64,000 nucleotides of DNA from Candidatus Saccharimonadales bacterium (GCA_035510455.1 DATKHB010000027.1:373-64372); one strand, 5' to 3'; positions 47,772 through 58,181 are shown, numbered from the stretch's first letter. Made by a program: numbers and translations. The notes: a model not told the origin generated them from the sequence alone.

Positions 47772-48839
47772 ATGCAAGGACAACCAAAAATAGAAGTACT
47801 CTTAGAGGAAGTAGTTCGCAAGAAAGCTTCCGACCTTCATCTACAGGTTGGTTTGCCCCCTATGCTGAGAGTTGACGGTAAGTTAGTGTCTGTCACAGCC
47901 GCAGATATTTTAACTGAAGAGATGGTGGAAGCCCTTATATTCGCGATACTTGATGAGGATCAGAAACAAATTTTGCTAAAAGACAAAGAATTTGATTTTA
48001 GTTTTGCATTCGGAAATATAGGCCGTTTTCGCGTAAACGCTTTCCATGAAAGGGGTAACCTAGCTGCTGCCCTTAGGCTTATACCAAATGAAATATTGAC
48101 TATCGAACAACTTGGTCTACCGCCAATAATAGATAAATTTGCTCAATATCCGCGCGGCCTAGTTTTAGTAACCGGCCCGACGGGTTCAGGTAAATCAACA
48201 ACCTTAGCCGCAATGGTCCATAAGATTAATCTTGAACAGGGCAAGCATATTATTACCATTGAAGATCCCATAGAATATGCTCACAAGTCGAAAAAATCCA
48301 TCGTAGTGCAGCGAGAAGTTCACTATGATACATATTCTTTCTCTACGGCACTACGTTCAGCGCTTCGCGAGGATCCTGACGTAGTCTTGATAGGTGAGAT
48401 GCGAGACCTCGAAACAATTGCATCGGCCATAACAATAGCTGAAACCGGGCACCTAGTTCTAGCCACGCTTCATACTAATTCGGCCGCCCAGAGTATTGAT
48501 CGCATGATAGATGTTTTTCCGCCTCACCAACAGTCTCAAATTCGAGCTCAGTTATCTAATATTCTAATGGCTATATGTTCGCAAAGATTAATACCGGCAA
48601 TTGGTGGCGGCCGAATAGCGGCGGCCGAAATTCTTGTTAGCACATCAGCTGTAAGGAATATTATTAGAGAAGGTAAAAGCCATCAGCTGGAAGCCGTAAT
48701 CCAAACCGGAGCCGATCATGGCATGCAGTCGATGGATAAGACACTCGTGAATCTAATCAAAAACGGTACTATAACCTACGATGAAGCTAAAGAGTACGCT
48801 GTTGATCTTGAGGAACTCGACAGGATAATGAGAGAATAA
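47772..48839 (+). CDS. pilT: type IV pilus retraction ATPase PilT
   Basis: ASDLHL, GPTGSGKSTT, LATLHTNSAAQSIDRMIDVFP, and AIRNIIREGK-like motif (AVRNIIREGKSHQ). Confidence 0.9.
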   Translation: MQGQPKIEVLLEEVVRKKASDLHLQVGLPPMLRVDGKLVSVTAADILTEEMVEALIFAILDEDQKQILLKDKEFDFSFAFGNIGRFRVNAFHERGNLAAALRLIPNEILTIEQLGLPPIIDKFAQYPRGLVLVTGPTGSGKSTTLAAMVHKINLEQGKHIITIEDPIEYAHKSKKSIVVQREVHYDTYSFSTALRSALREDPDVVLIGEMRDLETIASAITIAETGHLVLATLHTNSAAQSIDRMIDVFPPHQQSQIRAQLSNILMAICSQRLIPAIGGGRIAAAEILVSTSAVRNIIREGKSHQLEAVIQTGADHGMQSMDKTLVNLIKNGTITYDEAKEYAVDLEELDRIMRE

Positions 48840-48840
48840 C

Positions 48841-50061
48841 ATGCTGGCATATAACTATATAGCTCGCAATCCTTCTACGGGCGAGAAAGTCAAATCAGTT
48901 ATTCAAGCACAGAACGAACAAGCAGCTGCCAAAGCTCTTAAGAAAGAAGGGCTAGTACCTCTTGATATTTCACTTTCGAGCAAAGGTTTTAGCGGGTTCA
49001 TGGACCGTTTCAGCCGCGTTAGATCAAAGGACAAAGTACTTTTCTCCAGACAGCTAGCTACTCTCATTAATGCTGGGCTACCAATTCTTCAAGCTCTTAG
49101 AAGCGTGTCGGAACAGACTACCAGCAAACCGTTTAAAGTAGTTATAAACCAAATAGTGAATGACGTAGAGACAGGATCAACGCTCTCTTCGTCTATGGCA
49201 AAGCATCCAAGAGTCTTTAATCAAGTATATATAAGTCTGATTGCTGCCGGTGAGACGTCTGGTACCCTAGACGCCGCTCTAGAAAGGCTAGCTATCCAGC
49301 AAGAAAAAGATGCTGATATCAATAGCAAGGTTAGAGGAGCATTGATTTATCCGGCTATAGTTTTAGTGGTCATGCTAGCGGTAGTTACTTTCATGCTAGT
49401 TAAGGTTTTACCGCAGGTTCAAGTTCTTTATACCACCTTCCCGGGGTATAGTTTACCAATAGAAACAAGACTACTACTTGATGTCTCGCATATTATTACT
49501 AAATGGTGGTGGCTAGTGCTCCTTATATTGGTGCTGATAGTAGTTTTTGCGAGTAGGTGGTCTAAAACAGATAGTGGTGGAAGATTTTTTGACAATCTTA
49601 AATTACACTTATGGCCTATTGGACCGCTTTTCAAGAAGATGTACATGGCGCGATTTGCTCGTACGGCGTCAACTTTAGTGGCTAGCGGTGTACCAATAAT
49701 TCGGGTACTGGAAATTACTAGCGATGCGGTCGATAATGTTGTCATTGGCGATGCTATAAAAAGGGCGATCGAGAAAGTCAAGGGCGGTAAGGCTCTAAGT
49801 GATTCGTTGCAGAGCGAATCTACGTTTTTAGTGCTGGTGCCGAATATGTTGAGAATCGGAGAACAATCTGGGTCCGTGGAGCAAATGCTAAGTAAATGCG
49901 CTGATTACTACGAAAAAGAGGTTGAGGAAGCAGTTAAAAATATATCAACGCTCATAGAACCGGTAATGATGGTTATACTCGGCATTATGGCCCTGATAAT
50001 CGTTGCGGCGGTCTTATTGCCGATATACGGACTGGCTGGGTCAGGTGACATACAGTTTTAG
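48841..50061 (+). CDS. pilC: type IV pilus platform protein PilC (GspF family)
   Basis: Two GspF repeats, three TM helices, 406 aa. Confidence 0.88.
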   Translation: MLAYNYIARNPSTGEKVKSVIQAQNEQAAAKALKKEGLVPLDISLSSKGFSGFMDRFSRVRSKDKVLFSRQLATLINAGLPILQALRSVSEQTTSKPFKVVINQIVNDVETGSTLSSSMAKHPRVFNQVYISLIAAGETSGTLDAALERLAIQQEKDADINSKVRGALIYPAIVLVVMLAVVTFMLVKVLPQVQVLYTTFPGYSLPIETRLLLDVSHIITKWWWLVLLILVLIVVFASRWSKTDSGGRFFDNLKLHLWPIGPLFKKMYMARFARTASTLVASGVPIIRVLEITSDAVDNVVIGDAIKRAIEKVKGGKALSDSLQSESTFLVLVPNMLRIGEQSGSVEQMLSKCADYYEKEVEEAVKNISTLIEPVMMVILGIMALIIVAAVLLPIYGLAGSGDIQF

Positions 50062-50151
50062 GATTGTGGAAAAGTAGTTTGCATAAGCGCTATTTTGATG
50101 TATCATTTACGCATAAGCATTAATAAACACCGCAAAAGGGGGCATTTGCAA

Positions 50152-50694
50152 ATGTTAAAATCAATAAGAAAAAAAACAGAAGGCTTTACGATAATTGAAG
50201 TTATGATCGTCCTAGCAATAGCTGGGTTGATTTTGTTGATCGTATTCTTGGCTGTACCTGCACTACAAAGAAGTGCTAAAAACCAGCAGCGCAAAACTGA
50301 TGCAACTGCTATGGCTACAGCGATCTCTGATTATGAATCAAACAACAACGGTCAGTTACCGAATCAGATTACGATGTCGACCCTTAACGGGGCTACTATT
50401 GCTACCATATCGTGTACTACTAAAGGTCCTGTAACGGGGTGTGATGATACTAACCCTAACGTAGAAACTGCCAAGATAGGGTACTATGGAACTACTGGTA
50501 ATGTACCTACCGCGGCACCGGCATGGAGTATTGCTACTAATAGCGTTACAACCCAACTACGTTACGAACCTGGTGATGACTGTAATTCTACGGGGTCTAA
50601 CCTTACAACTGCATCACCTGGCGCATTCGCGTTAATATACGGTCTAGATAACGGTAGCGGCGTTACTACCCCTACCAAAAACTGCGTAGACTAG
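50152..50694 (+). CDS. pilA: major type IV pilin (prepilin with class III signal peptide)
   Basis: MLKSIRKKTEG|FTIIEVMIVLAIAGL cleavage/methylation motif. Two Cys pairs, including a C-terminal pair. AAAGGGGG SD upstream. Followed by a strong terminator. The ATG at 50152 is preferred over the track start at 50095. Confidence 0.85.
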   Translation: MLKSIRKKTEGFTIIEVMIVLAIAGLILLIVFLAVPALQRSAKNQQRKTDATAMATAISDYESNNNGQLPNQITMSTLNGATIATISCTTKGPVTGCDDTNPNVETAKIGYYGTTGNVPTAAPAWSIATNSVTTQLRYEPGDDCNSTGSNLTTASPGAFALIYGLDNGSGVTTPTKNCVD

Positions 50695-50714
50695 TTTTGT
50701 AAGTAGTAAAGGCT

Positions 50715-50748
50715 AAAAGATTAGCGCTGTAGGTAGCGCTAATCTTTT
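50715..50748 (+). terminator. rho-independent terminator/attenuator after the pilin gene
   Basis: Perfect 14-bp stem AAAAGATTAGCGCT / AGCGCTAATCTTTT with a 6-nt loop GTAGGT. The 3' arm ends in TTTT. Confidence 0.75.
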
Positions 50749-50767
50749 GCTGTGTTAGGATTAATAA

Positions 50768-51577
50768 ATGGTAACATCAATACTTATTATCCTTGGTCTT
50801 TGTTCTGGCAGCTTTGTCACTGCCCTAGTCTGGCGTTTGAAGATCGGTAGGGGAGCTGTAGGCAAAACTAACAATAATTTATCGATCGTAAATGGCAGAT
50901 CAATGTGCCCTAACTGTCGGCATCAGCTATCCGCTCTTGATTTAATACCCGTTTTTAGCTGGCTTATGTTAAAAGGCAGGTGTCGATATTGCCGCAAACA
51001 AATCAGCATACAGTACCCTTTTATTGAGATAGTGACAGCTTTTTTATTCATTTGTTCATATCTACTGTGGCCGCTAAGTTTTCATGGTCAAGGCTTATTC
51101 GACTTTATAGCCTGGCTGTTTTTCTTAGTAGGTTTTATGTCTATAGCTATTTATGATTTGAGATGGTTTATAGTGCCTAATGTAATCGTCTATCCTCTCA
51201 CGGTTCTGGGGTTAATCTATGTTGCAATTAATTTTTTTGTATTTAATGCAGGCACTGCCTCATTAATTCATCCCTTATGGGGGATATTGATTATTTCGGG
51301 GACATTTTATCTCTTATATCAGCTATCAGGAGGCAAGTGGATAGGCGGTGGCGATGTGAAACTCGGTCTTTTTCTTGGCTTGATATCTTGGGGGGCTCTA
51401 GAGAGTCTACTTCTTTTATTTATCGCATCTTTTGTGGGTACAATAATGTCTTTGTCTTTTTTGTTATCGAAGAAGGCAAGCATCAAAACACACTTACCTT
51501 TTGCGCCCTTTCTCATCTTGGCAGCTATTATTTGTCAGTTGCTGGGGATGAGCATAGTTCATCATATACAAAACTAG
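50768..51577 (+). CDS. pilD: prepilin peptidase / N-methyltransferase (A24 family)
   Basis: N-terminal CPNC...CRYC zinc motif, polytopic membrane protein, GGGDVKL active-site motif. Confidence 0.88.
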   Translation: MVTSILIILGLCSGSFVTALVWRLKIGRGAVGKTNNNLSIVNGRSMCPNCRHQLSALDLIPVFSWLMLKGRCRYCRKQISIQYPFIEIVTAFLFICSYLLWPLSFHGQGLFDFIAWLFFLVGFMSIAIYDLRWFIVPNVIVYPLTVLGLIYVAINFFVFNAGTASLIHPLWGILIISGTFYLLYQLSGGKWIGGGDVKLGLFLGLISWGALESLLLLFIASFVGTIMSLSFLLSKKASIKTHLPFAPFLILAAIICQLLGMSIVHHIQN

Positions 51578-51623
51578 AACTACCCTTTAATCATTAATTA
51601 CTTCTTATGCTATACTTTAGGAT

Positions 51624-52550
51624 ATGAAAGCTAGCCTAAAGGCGGGCGCTAGCCTTGGTTTTACCATTATAGAAGTAATGATTGTCTTGGCTATTTCGGG
51701 CGTAATACTATTTAGTGCCATTCTGATTTTTAACGGCCAGCAGGGTCAAACGGAGTTTAGCCAGGCAGTGAACCAGTTTCAAACTCAGTTACAAGCCACC
51801 ATTAATGATGCTACTAACGGCTACTACCCCACAAGCAGTGCTTATCAATTTAGTTGTAGTCAGCCGTCAATTCTAGCTTTAAACCCGCCTCATTTTTCAA
51901 GCGCCCCGGCCTCACAGGGCACCAATAGCGGTTGTATATTTTTGGGTAAAGCCATGCAGTTTGCCGTAAGTTCAAGTGCGGACACCAAATCGCCGCTAAT
52001 AGATGTTTATACGATCGTTGGCAACCAAAATGAACCTGGGGTAACACCTACGACTCCCTCCCAAAGTGTTTATGATTCCATCCCAGTAGTTCTGGCCGAT
52101 ACAGGAGGCGAGAACATCAACTTCCCACCAGCGGGTATATACACCCTTGAAAACGGTGCATACATTAAGTGCATCGAGCCGTCAGTTTATGATCCTTCAA
52201 ACTGCAGTAGTCACCATTCTCCGACAGGAGCAGTTGCATTTGCCATAAACTCAACCGTTAACCCCATAAATACTCCTGCAGGAAGTCAACAGGTAACAAC
52301 TGATAGTGCAATCTTATTAAATGGCCCTGGCGTTAAGCTTGGCCTACCAGGAGCAGGAATGAATGGTGGAGGAAGCACAGTCCAGGCTATCAACAACGCT
52401 TTAGGTAATATCTCAACTGTTCAGCATGGGATATCCATTTGTTTGATTGATAACACTCGAGCAGCGATAATATCGGTGGGTGTTAATAACACCGAATCAC
52501 TAGTCAATGTCGACATTGTAAGTATTAATGGCGCAGGAGCTTGTTCATGA
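51624..52550 (+). CDS. minor pilin-like protein (prepilin-type N-terminal cleavage/methylation domain)
   Basis: N-terminal LG|FTIIEVMIVLAISGV motif; 308 aa. Confidence 0.75.
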   Translation: MKASLKAGASLGFTIIEVMIVLAISGVILFSAILIFNGQQGQTEFSQAVNQFQTQLQATINDATNGYYPTSSAYQFSCSQPSILALNPPHFSSAPASQGTNSGCIFLGKAMQFAVSSSADTKSPLIDVYTIVGNQNEPGVTPTTPSQSVYDSIPVVLADTGGENINFPPAGIYTLENGAYIKCIEPSVYDPSNCSSHHSPTGAVAFAINSTVNPINTPAGSQQVTTDSAILLNGPGVKLGLPGAGMNGGGSTVQAINNALGNISTVQHGISICLIDNTRAAIISVGVNNTESLVNVDIVSINGAGACS

Positions 52551-53053
52551 CTATAAAACTAGGTAAGCGTGGCGATACAATCGTGGAAGTACTTCTAGCT
52601 ATAGCGATATCAAGCTTTGCTCTAACGGCTGGTTACGCTTCTGTTGACAACAGCCTTATAACGGAAAGGCAGGCGCAGGATCGAAGTGAAGCAGTCCAAA
52701 TGGTTCAAAGCCAAGTCGAGACCCTAAATGACCTTTATAACGCTGGCTCGTCTGATATTGTTGCCGCAGTTAAAAGCGACCGACCATTCTGTATCGATAA
52801 CACAACTCGAGAATACGACGCCGCACCAACAGGCTGTAATTTCAGCCCGTTGAGCATATCTCCAACTCACCCAACTGGCTATATTGATGCGAGTATATCA
52901 CCGGCCCCGTACTATACCATTACAATGATAAATAGCTCGAACTCTATAACAAGCCCGTCTTTTCCGGTAGTTCAAGTAACCGTAAATGCCAAATGGATTA
53001 ATGCTGGCGGTGGAACGCCAGACAGTATGACAGTTGTATATAGATTGAATTAA
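52547..53053 (+). CDS. minor pilin-like protein (PilV-like)
   Basis: KRG|DTIVEVLLAIAISSF motif. The ATG at 52547 overlaps the upstream stop (ATGA), with an AGGAG SD. The track ORF starts at TTG 52541. Confidence 0.65.
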   Translation: MTIKLGKRGDTIVEVLLAIAISSFALTAGYASVDNSLITERQAQDRSEAVQMVQSQVETLNDLYNAGSSDIVAAVKSDRPFCIDNTTREYDAAPTGCNFSPLSISPTHPTGYIDASISPAPYYTITMINSSNSITSPSFPVVQVTVNAKWINAGGGTPDSMTVVYRLN

Positions 53054-53059
53054 TTACAA

Positions 53060-53749
53060 ATGAAAAAAATATTGCATTTCAACAAGCGATCTTTGGGTAA
53101 TTCAGGCTTTACAATCATAGAACTAATGATCGCTACGGCTGTCTTTTCAGTCGTTTTGATAATAATAGTTTTTAGCATCATCAGCATTACCAGAACTTAT
53201 ACCAGGGGTATTACTCAAACAAATACCCAAAACATTGCTCGTAACATTGTTAATGATGTGTCACAAGCAATAGAGTTTGATGGCTGTGGAGGTACTGATG
53301 GTGCTTGCTCAGCTACCGAAGCTAATCCAACGCCCGGGACTGGGTACAGTTTCTGTGTAGGCAGTAGAGAATATATATATCAGATAGGTTGGGAAGTCGA
53401 ACCTAGTTTTTTGGCCACCGATCAACATAGCGTAAACGGTTTAGTGGTAACTGATCCTAATCCGGCGGGCTCGACCTGTCCTGGCCCCTCTAGGACTTTT
53501 AAGAAAACATTGGTACCTAATGGCACTGAATTTTTGAATCCCAATATGCGTCTGTCGTATTTCAATATATCTGAAGTGGGGAGTACGGATCTTTACAACG
53601 TTGACGTCGAGGTTGTTTACGGAGGAAGTTCTGTACTCCAGAACCCCACTGCGAGTAACGGTACTACAGCGTGCCTAGGTACTGTAGTTCAGCAAGATTT
53701 TTGCGCTACAGCCAAACTAGATACTGTAGTACAAGAACGGATAGATTGA
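53060..53749 (+). CDS. minor pilin-like protein (PilW-like)
   Basis: NSG|FTIIELMIATAVFSVV motif; 229 aa. Confidence 0.7.
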   Translation: MKKILHFNKRSLGNSGFTIIELMIATAVFSVVLIIIVFSIISITRTYTRGITQTNTQNIARNIVNDVSQAIEFDGCGGTDGACSATEANPTPGTGYSFCVGSREYIYQIGWEVEPSFLATDQHSVNGLVVTDPNPAGSTCPGPSRTFKKTLVPNGTEFLNPNMRLSYFNISEVGSTDLYNVDVEVVYGGSSVLQNPTASNGTTACLGTVVQQDFCATAKLDTVVQERID

Positions 53750-53773
53750 GTATAATTATCTTAAGGAACATAC

Positions 53774-54895
53774 ATGAATAGACACATAAAACTAGACTCT
53801 GACCAATCCGGAATAGCCTCGATTCTGGTGACCATAATAATGATGATCATCGTAAGCCTAATAGTGCTGGGATTTGGGCAACTCTCTAACAGAGAACAAT
53901 CGGAAGCTCTGGATCGTCAACTAAGTACACAAGCTTTTTATGCCGCTGAGAGTGGTGTAAATGATGCGACCGCTGCAGTTAGTAACTTTTTGGTTAATAA
54001 CCCAGGCGGAACTATTTCTCCAAGCAAAACCTGTGAACCACCCTCACCATATATTACCGGTACCGACACTACCTTGTTACCCAATCGTGGGTCCAACTCC
54101 ACTGTTCTAGCCTACACTTGTTTGTTGGTCACTCCCACACCGTCCACCCTAGTTTATGCCGACATTAAACTAAATCAGTCGCAAATAATTTATATTGATC
54201 CAGGGTCTGGTTCTTTTAGTCAACTGATGTTCAGTTGGCAGGACAGTAGTGGGTTGCCCCCTCAAGCGCGATACAACTGTAACCCGGATGCAACTGACCC
54301 AACAGGCTTTCCACCAACAGCGTCTTGGGGGCCTGCGTGTGGAGCTGGGGTGCTCAGAATTGACGTTGTGCCGGCAACTGGCCTAAACGCCTTCACCCAA
54401 GACAATGTTTACTTTCTGTATCCTGCGTCTGGACCCGAAAATGGTTACGGTAGGGGTAATCTAGCTAGCTCGCCTAATGGTAGTGTTTTAAAGGCTAGTT
54501 GTTATACGGGTAATTCCGATGGTCAAACGATGCCCGAGTCCTGTAATCTTAGACTAAAGGGGTTAGACGGCGGAGCTTATTATCTAAGAGTTTTGCCTAT
54601 CTACGACAGCCAGTCACTTACAATATCTAGCCCTGATCCTACTGATGTCTCTAAACTATCTGGTACTTTTAACGGAGATCAGATACAGGTAGATTCTACC
54701 GGAAGAGCCGGTACTGTACTCCGCCGAATCAGAGCATACGTACCCATACAACCGTCTGGTAGCTACCCAGATTTTGCTATCCAATCGACAACATCTATTT
54801 GTAAAGAGTTTGATTATATCCCCGGCTCATCTACCCCGGTCCCTCCTCCGCCAGGTATCTCCTATTATGGTACTGATGGCTGCGCGTACCCTTAA
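53774..54895 (+). CDS. PilX-like pilus assembly protein
   Basis: N-terminal QSGIASILVTIIMMIIVSLIVLG hydrophobic segment, then QAFYAAESG. C-terminal ...VDSTGRAGTVLRRIRAYV is typical of PilX-family proteins. Confidence 0.6.
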   Translation: MNRHIKLDSDQSGIASILVTIIMMIIVSLIVLGFGQLSNREQSEALDRQLSTQAFYAAESGVNDATAAVSNFLVNNPGGTISPSKTCEPPSPYITGTDTTLLPNRGSNSTVLAYTCLLVTPTPSTLVYADIKLNQSQIIYIDPGSGSFSQLMFSWQDSSGLPPQARYNCNPDATDPTGFPPTASWGPACGAGVLRIDVVPATGLNAFTQDNVYFLYPASGPENGYGRGNLASSPNGSVLKASCYTGNSDGQTMPESCNLRLKGLDGGAYYLRVLPIYDSQSLTISSPDPTDVSKLSGTFNGDQIQVDSTGRAGTVLRRIRAYVPIQPSGSYPDFAIQSTTSICKEFDYIPGSSTPVPPPPGISYYGTDGCAYP

Positions 54896-54902
54896 TGCGC
54901 CA

Positions 54903-55814
54903 CTAGCCGTGTCGATGAAATTTTTGGTGAACGCTCTTTAGGTGGGGATCGGTCACGTGTGTATAGATCTGAGTTGTTGCGATATTACTATGGCCCAGCA
55001 TGGCCTGAACGCTTCTCAGATCAGCTCCGTTCATGATTAAATCGGTTGCGAAGCTGTGCCTTAGGGTATGAGGTGACACATGCTTAGTTATGCCAGCTAG
55101 AAGGGCATAACGGCCAACTAGACGCTGAATGCTTCTCGCCGTCAATCTGTGATAATTACCGCTTAAATCCACTTGCTTGCGACCACTGTATCTAATAAAT
55201 AATGGTCTAGTGGTGTCTTTACGCATATCGAGGTATTTTTGTATCCAGTCAGCGGCCTCTTGGCTTATAAATATCGGACGATCCTTTTGGCCTTTGCCAC
55301 GAACCATAAACTCACGACGCTTTAAATTGATATGATCCTTATCTAATCCCACCAATTCTGAAACTCTAAGCCCGCTTGAAAAAAGCAGCTCGAGTATAGC
55401 TCGATCCCTCAACCCAGATATTTTATTGATATCAGGTTGCTTAAATACACGTTCCAGCTCTTCTGGGCTTAGAAAGGAAACTTGTTTACGCACGGTTCTC
55501 GCAAGCTCGACTTTATCTGGCGGCATACAACTAATATCGCGTTTTGAACAAAACTTAAGAAAACTTCTTAAAGCAATCAGGTGATAATTTTGAGTAGACT
55601 TTTGCAGTTCATCGCTAACGTTAGTGCCCAATCTATTAAGCCAAAGTCGCCACTTGCGAACTAGCTCCGGGTCAATTGCCGACACTTTAATATCGCCGGC
55701 AAAGTCGGACAAGCGAGTTAAATAATGATCATAATTGGAGATCGTCTTTTGTGATCTGTTTTGTTCAATTTCCAAGTATTCTAGGAAGTCGGTTTTAGCT
55801 TTAGCGAATTGCAC
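54903..55814 (-). CDS. tyrosine recombinase, XerC/XerD type
   Basis: N-terminal SAM-like domain. Catalytic motifs GLRVSEL, HTLRHSFAT and LGHSNIATTQIYTHV. Confidence 0.88.
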   Translation of the reverse strand: MQFAKAKTDFLEYLEIEQNRSQKTISNYDHYLTRLSDFAGDIKVSAIDPELVRKWRLWLNRLGTNVSDELQKSTQNYHLIALRSFLKFCSKRDISCMPPDKVELARTVRKQVSFLSPEELERVFKQPDINKISGLRDRAILELLFSSGLRVSELVGLDKDHINLKRREFMVRGKGQKDRPIFISQEAADWIQKYLDMRKDTTRPLFIRYSGRKQVDLSGNYHRLTARSIQRLVGRYALLAGITKHVSPHTLRHSFATDLIMNGADLRSVQAMLGHSNIATTQIYTHVTDPHLKSVHQKFHRHG

Positions 55815-55904
55815 ATAGAGATTATAACATTTTGCGACATCTAGTTATCTTCAATTAACCTATGTCATCTGGTACAATTACAGTAAATTAAATAAGGGAA
55901 ATAC

Positions 55905-56420
55905 ATGGAAAGAACTTTTGTCATTCTGAAGCCTGATGCTCTACAAAGAGCAATTTCTGGAGAAATTGTCAGTCGTTTCGAGCGTGTGGGTCTAAAGATC
56001 ATCGCCTTAAAGATGGTTCACCCGGATAAGGACCACTATTATCATCACTATGAGAACATCGGGAAGATGGTTTCTCGAAGAGGTCAGAGCGCGTTTGATG
56101 TGACACTTGATTTTATGCAAATTGGTCCAGTAATCGTGATGGTTTTAGAAGGAGTAGAGGCTATAAGTTTAGTCCGAAAGATGGTCGGTACCACCGAACC
56201 CAAGAGCGCATTGCCGGGGACAGTCAGAGGAGATTATGCACATATAAGCTTTGACTATGCTAATAGTGAAGGTGTAACAATACCTAATCTTGTACATGCT
56301 TCGGGCGATAAAGCTGATGCCGATAAGGAGATAGCTCACTGGTTTTCTAAAGATGAGATCTTTGATTACGACACAGTCCATAGTAAGTACACGATAGTTA
56401 ATATGACTAATAAGAAATAA
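55905..56420 (+). CDS. ndk: nucleoside-diphosphate kinase
   Basis: MERTFVILKPDA, GTVRGDY, and NLVHASGD (active-site His). At 171 aa it is somewhat longer than typical. Confidence 0.88.
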   Translation: MERTFVILKPDALQRAISGEIVSRFERVGLKIIALKMVHPDKDHYYHHYENIGKMVSRRGQSAFDVTLDFMQIGPVIVMVLEGVEAISLVRKMVGTTEPKSALPGTVRGDYAHISFDYANSEGVTIPNLVHASGDKADADKEIAHWFSKDEIFDYDTVHSKYTIVNMTNKK

Positions 56421-56426
56421 ATTTGC

Positions 56427-56501
56427 GCCCCTGTAGTTCAATGGATAAAACAACTCCGTCCTAAGGAGAAGCTCCACGTTCGAATCGTGGTGGGGGCACC
56501 A
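56427..56501 (+). tRNA. tRNA-Arg (anticodon CCT), CCA encoded
   Basis: Hand-folded cloverleaf. Acceptor GCCCCTG/TGGGGGC (two G-U pairs). Anticodon stem CTCC/GGAG with loop GTCCTAA. T-arm CCACG-TTCGAAT-CGTGG. Discriminator A followed by CCA. Confidence 0.8.
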
Positions 56502-56551
56502 ATTGATATCTAACTAGTTTTTCAATCATTTTATAGGTTACAATAACGGCT

Positions 56552-57112
56552 ATGGCTACAAAGTATTTTGCTGATCAATTCGATGACGAGGAGGTGTTGT
56601 TTGTCTTTAGAAAACACCCAATTGTTATGCGAAAAGGTTTAGTCTTTGGTATGTTAGCTATATTGGTTGGTTTGTTGCCGGCCGCCATAAAACCAAGTTT
56701 GGGTTTTGGCTGGTTCTTTGGAGGGGTAGGAGCTGGTTTTCTATTAGGCATTCTGATAATGCTGCCTTATTGGATAACTTGGCACTATAGCGTATTCATC
56801 GTTACAGATAAGCGGCTTATTCAGATAACTCAAAAGGGCTTCCTGCATCGAGCAGTAGTTGACATGGGCTTAAACCAAATACAGATGATCAACTATCAAA
56901 TCGCCGGTCTCGAGGAAACTTTACTGGGTTTTGGTACAATAGTTATGCAAACATTTGTAGGAGACTTGGTTATTCATACGGTTCATCATCCCGCTAAGAT
57001 CCAAAAGAAATTACTAGAAATATTAAGAGAGAGGGGAATAGTAGCTAATCAGTTTCCAGCGATGGAAGACGATGTGGAGAATGCTGACCTTGAGCAAGAG
57101 AATGAAGCATAA
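56552..57112 (+). CDS. membrane protein with bacterial PH domain (YdbS/DUF304-like)
   Basis: FRKHPIVMRKG, then two TM helices, then YSVFIVTDKRLIQI; acidic C-terminus. Confidence 0.6.
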   Translation: MATKYFADQFDDEEVLFVFRKHPIVMRKGLVFGMLAILVGLLPAAIKPSLGFGWFFGGVGAGFLLGILIMLPYWITWHYSVFIVTDKRLIQITQKGFLHRAVVDMGLNQIQMINYQIAGLEETLLGFGTIVMQTFVGDLVIHTVHHPAKIQKKLLEILRERGIVANQFPAMEDDVENADLEQENEA

Positions 57113-58181
57113 CGCAAAAAAAATATTATCCAAGATACCAGTCCGTCGAAAAAAGAAAGATGTAGCTGCGAGATTCGATGAGGCGGTTCAAAATCTACCA
57201 AAAATTACTAACGATACGGTCTCGGAACACCGTGAAGAAGTCCTGTCCACTGCGCGCAAGTATATATATCCACTTCAACATTCAAAACATCGTATAGTTG
57301 TTATATCAACCATATTATTTACGCTAGTCGTGCTATTGTTCTTTTCTTATTGCGGACTGGCTCTCTATAGATTCCAGTCTAATTCTGGGTTTATCTATGG
57401 GGTTACACAAGTCATACCTTTCCCGATAGCAAAGGCTGGCCCAAGCTATGTATCTTATGATAGCTATCTCTTTGAACTTAGGCATTACACGCACTACTAT
57501 CAAACTCAGCAAGGCATTAACTTTAATAGCCCAGCAGGTAAGGACCAGCTCAACAGCTTTAAGCATCAGGCATTACGGGAGGTGATTGCAGACGCATTTG
57601 TTAAGCAATTAGCTAGTAGAAACAATGTATCGGTCTCTAGCCAACAGCTAAATAACGAAGTTGATCTAATACGCTACCAAGACGGATTAAGTAATAATGA
57701 AAAAGAATTTGAGGACGTACTAAGCCAATTTTGGGGATGGACGGTGGCTGATTTTAAGCAAGAACTAAAACAACAACTCCTAAGCCAGGATGTAGTAGCA
57801 AAATTAGATACAGCGACCAATCAACGCGCTCAGTCAGTTTTGGCGGCTCTTCAAAACGGGGCAGACTTCGGGACACTGGCTGGTGAGTACTCTGATGACA
57901 CAACGACCAAGAGCAACGGAGGCCAATTCAGCTTCTTGATCACCCAAACAACGCGCAACCTCTCTCCGCAGACCCTAAACACTATTTTGAATCTTAAACC
58001 AGGTCAGATATCTGGGATAATTAATATCGGTAATGCACTAGAAATAGATAAGGTGATATCTACTACCAACGGAAACATACAAGCCGCTCATATATTGTTT
58101 AATTTTAATAGCATCAATACTTACTTACAGCCCCTAGAGGCTAAAGAAAAAATCCATACCTATATAAAGCTTCCCGCTTAG
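57102..58181 (+). CDS. membrane-anchored parvulin-type peptidyl-prolyl isomerase (PrsA/SurA-like)
   Basis: One TM helix and a PpiC-like segment (LQNGADFGTLAGEYSDD...NGGQFSF...PGQISGII). The ATG at 57102 is preferred over 57072. Confidence 0.7.
   Translation: MKHNAKKILSKIPVRRKKKDVAARFDEAVQNLPKITNDTVSEHREEVLSTARKYIYPLQHSKHRIVVISTILFTLVVLLFFSYCGLALYRFQSNSGFIYGVTQVIPFPIAKAGPSYVSYDSYLFELRHYTHYYQTQQGINFNSPAGKDQLNSFKHQALREVIADAFVKQLASRNNVSVSSQQLNNEVDLIRYQDGLSNNEKEFEDVLSQFWGWTVADFKQELKQQLLSQDVVAKLDTATNQRAQSVLAALQNGADFGTLAGEYSDDTTTKSNGGQFSFLITQTTRNLSPQTLNTILNLKPGQISGIINIGNALEIDKVISTTNGNIQAAHILFNFNSINTYLQPLEAKEKIHTYIKLPA

Noticed and set aside
56169-56477. 102-aa minus-strand ORF spanning the ndk 3' end and tRNA-Arg
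   Set aside because: It overlaps both a well-supported ndk gene and a well-folding tRNA, so it is implausible as a gene.
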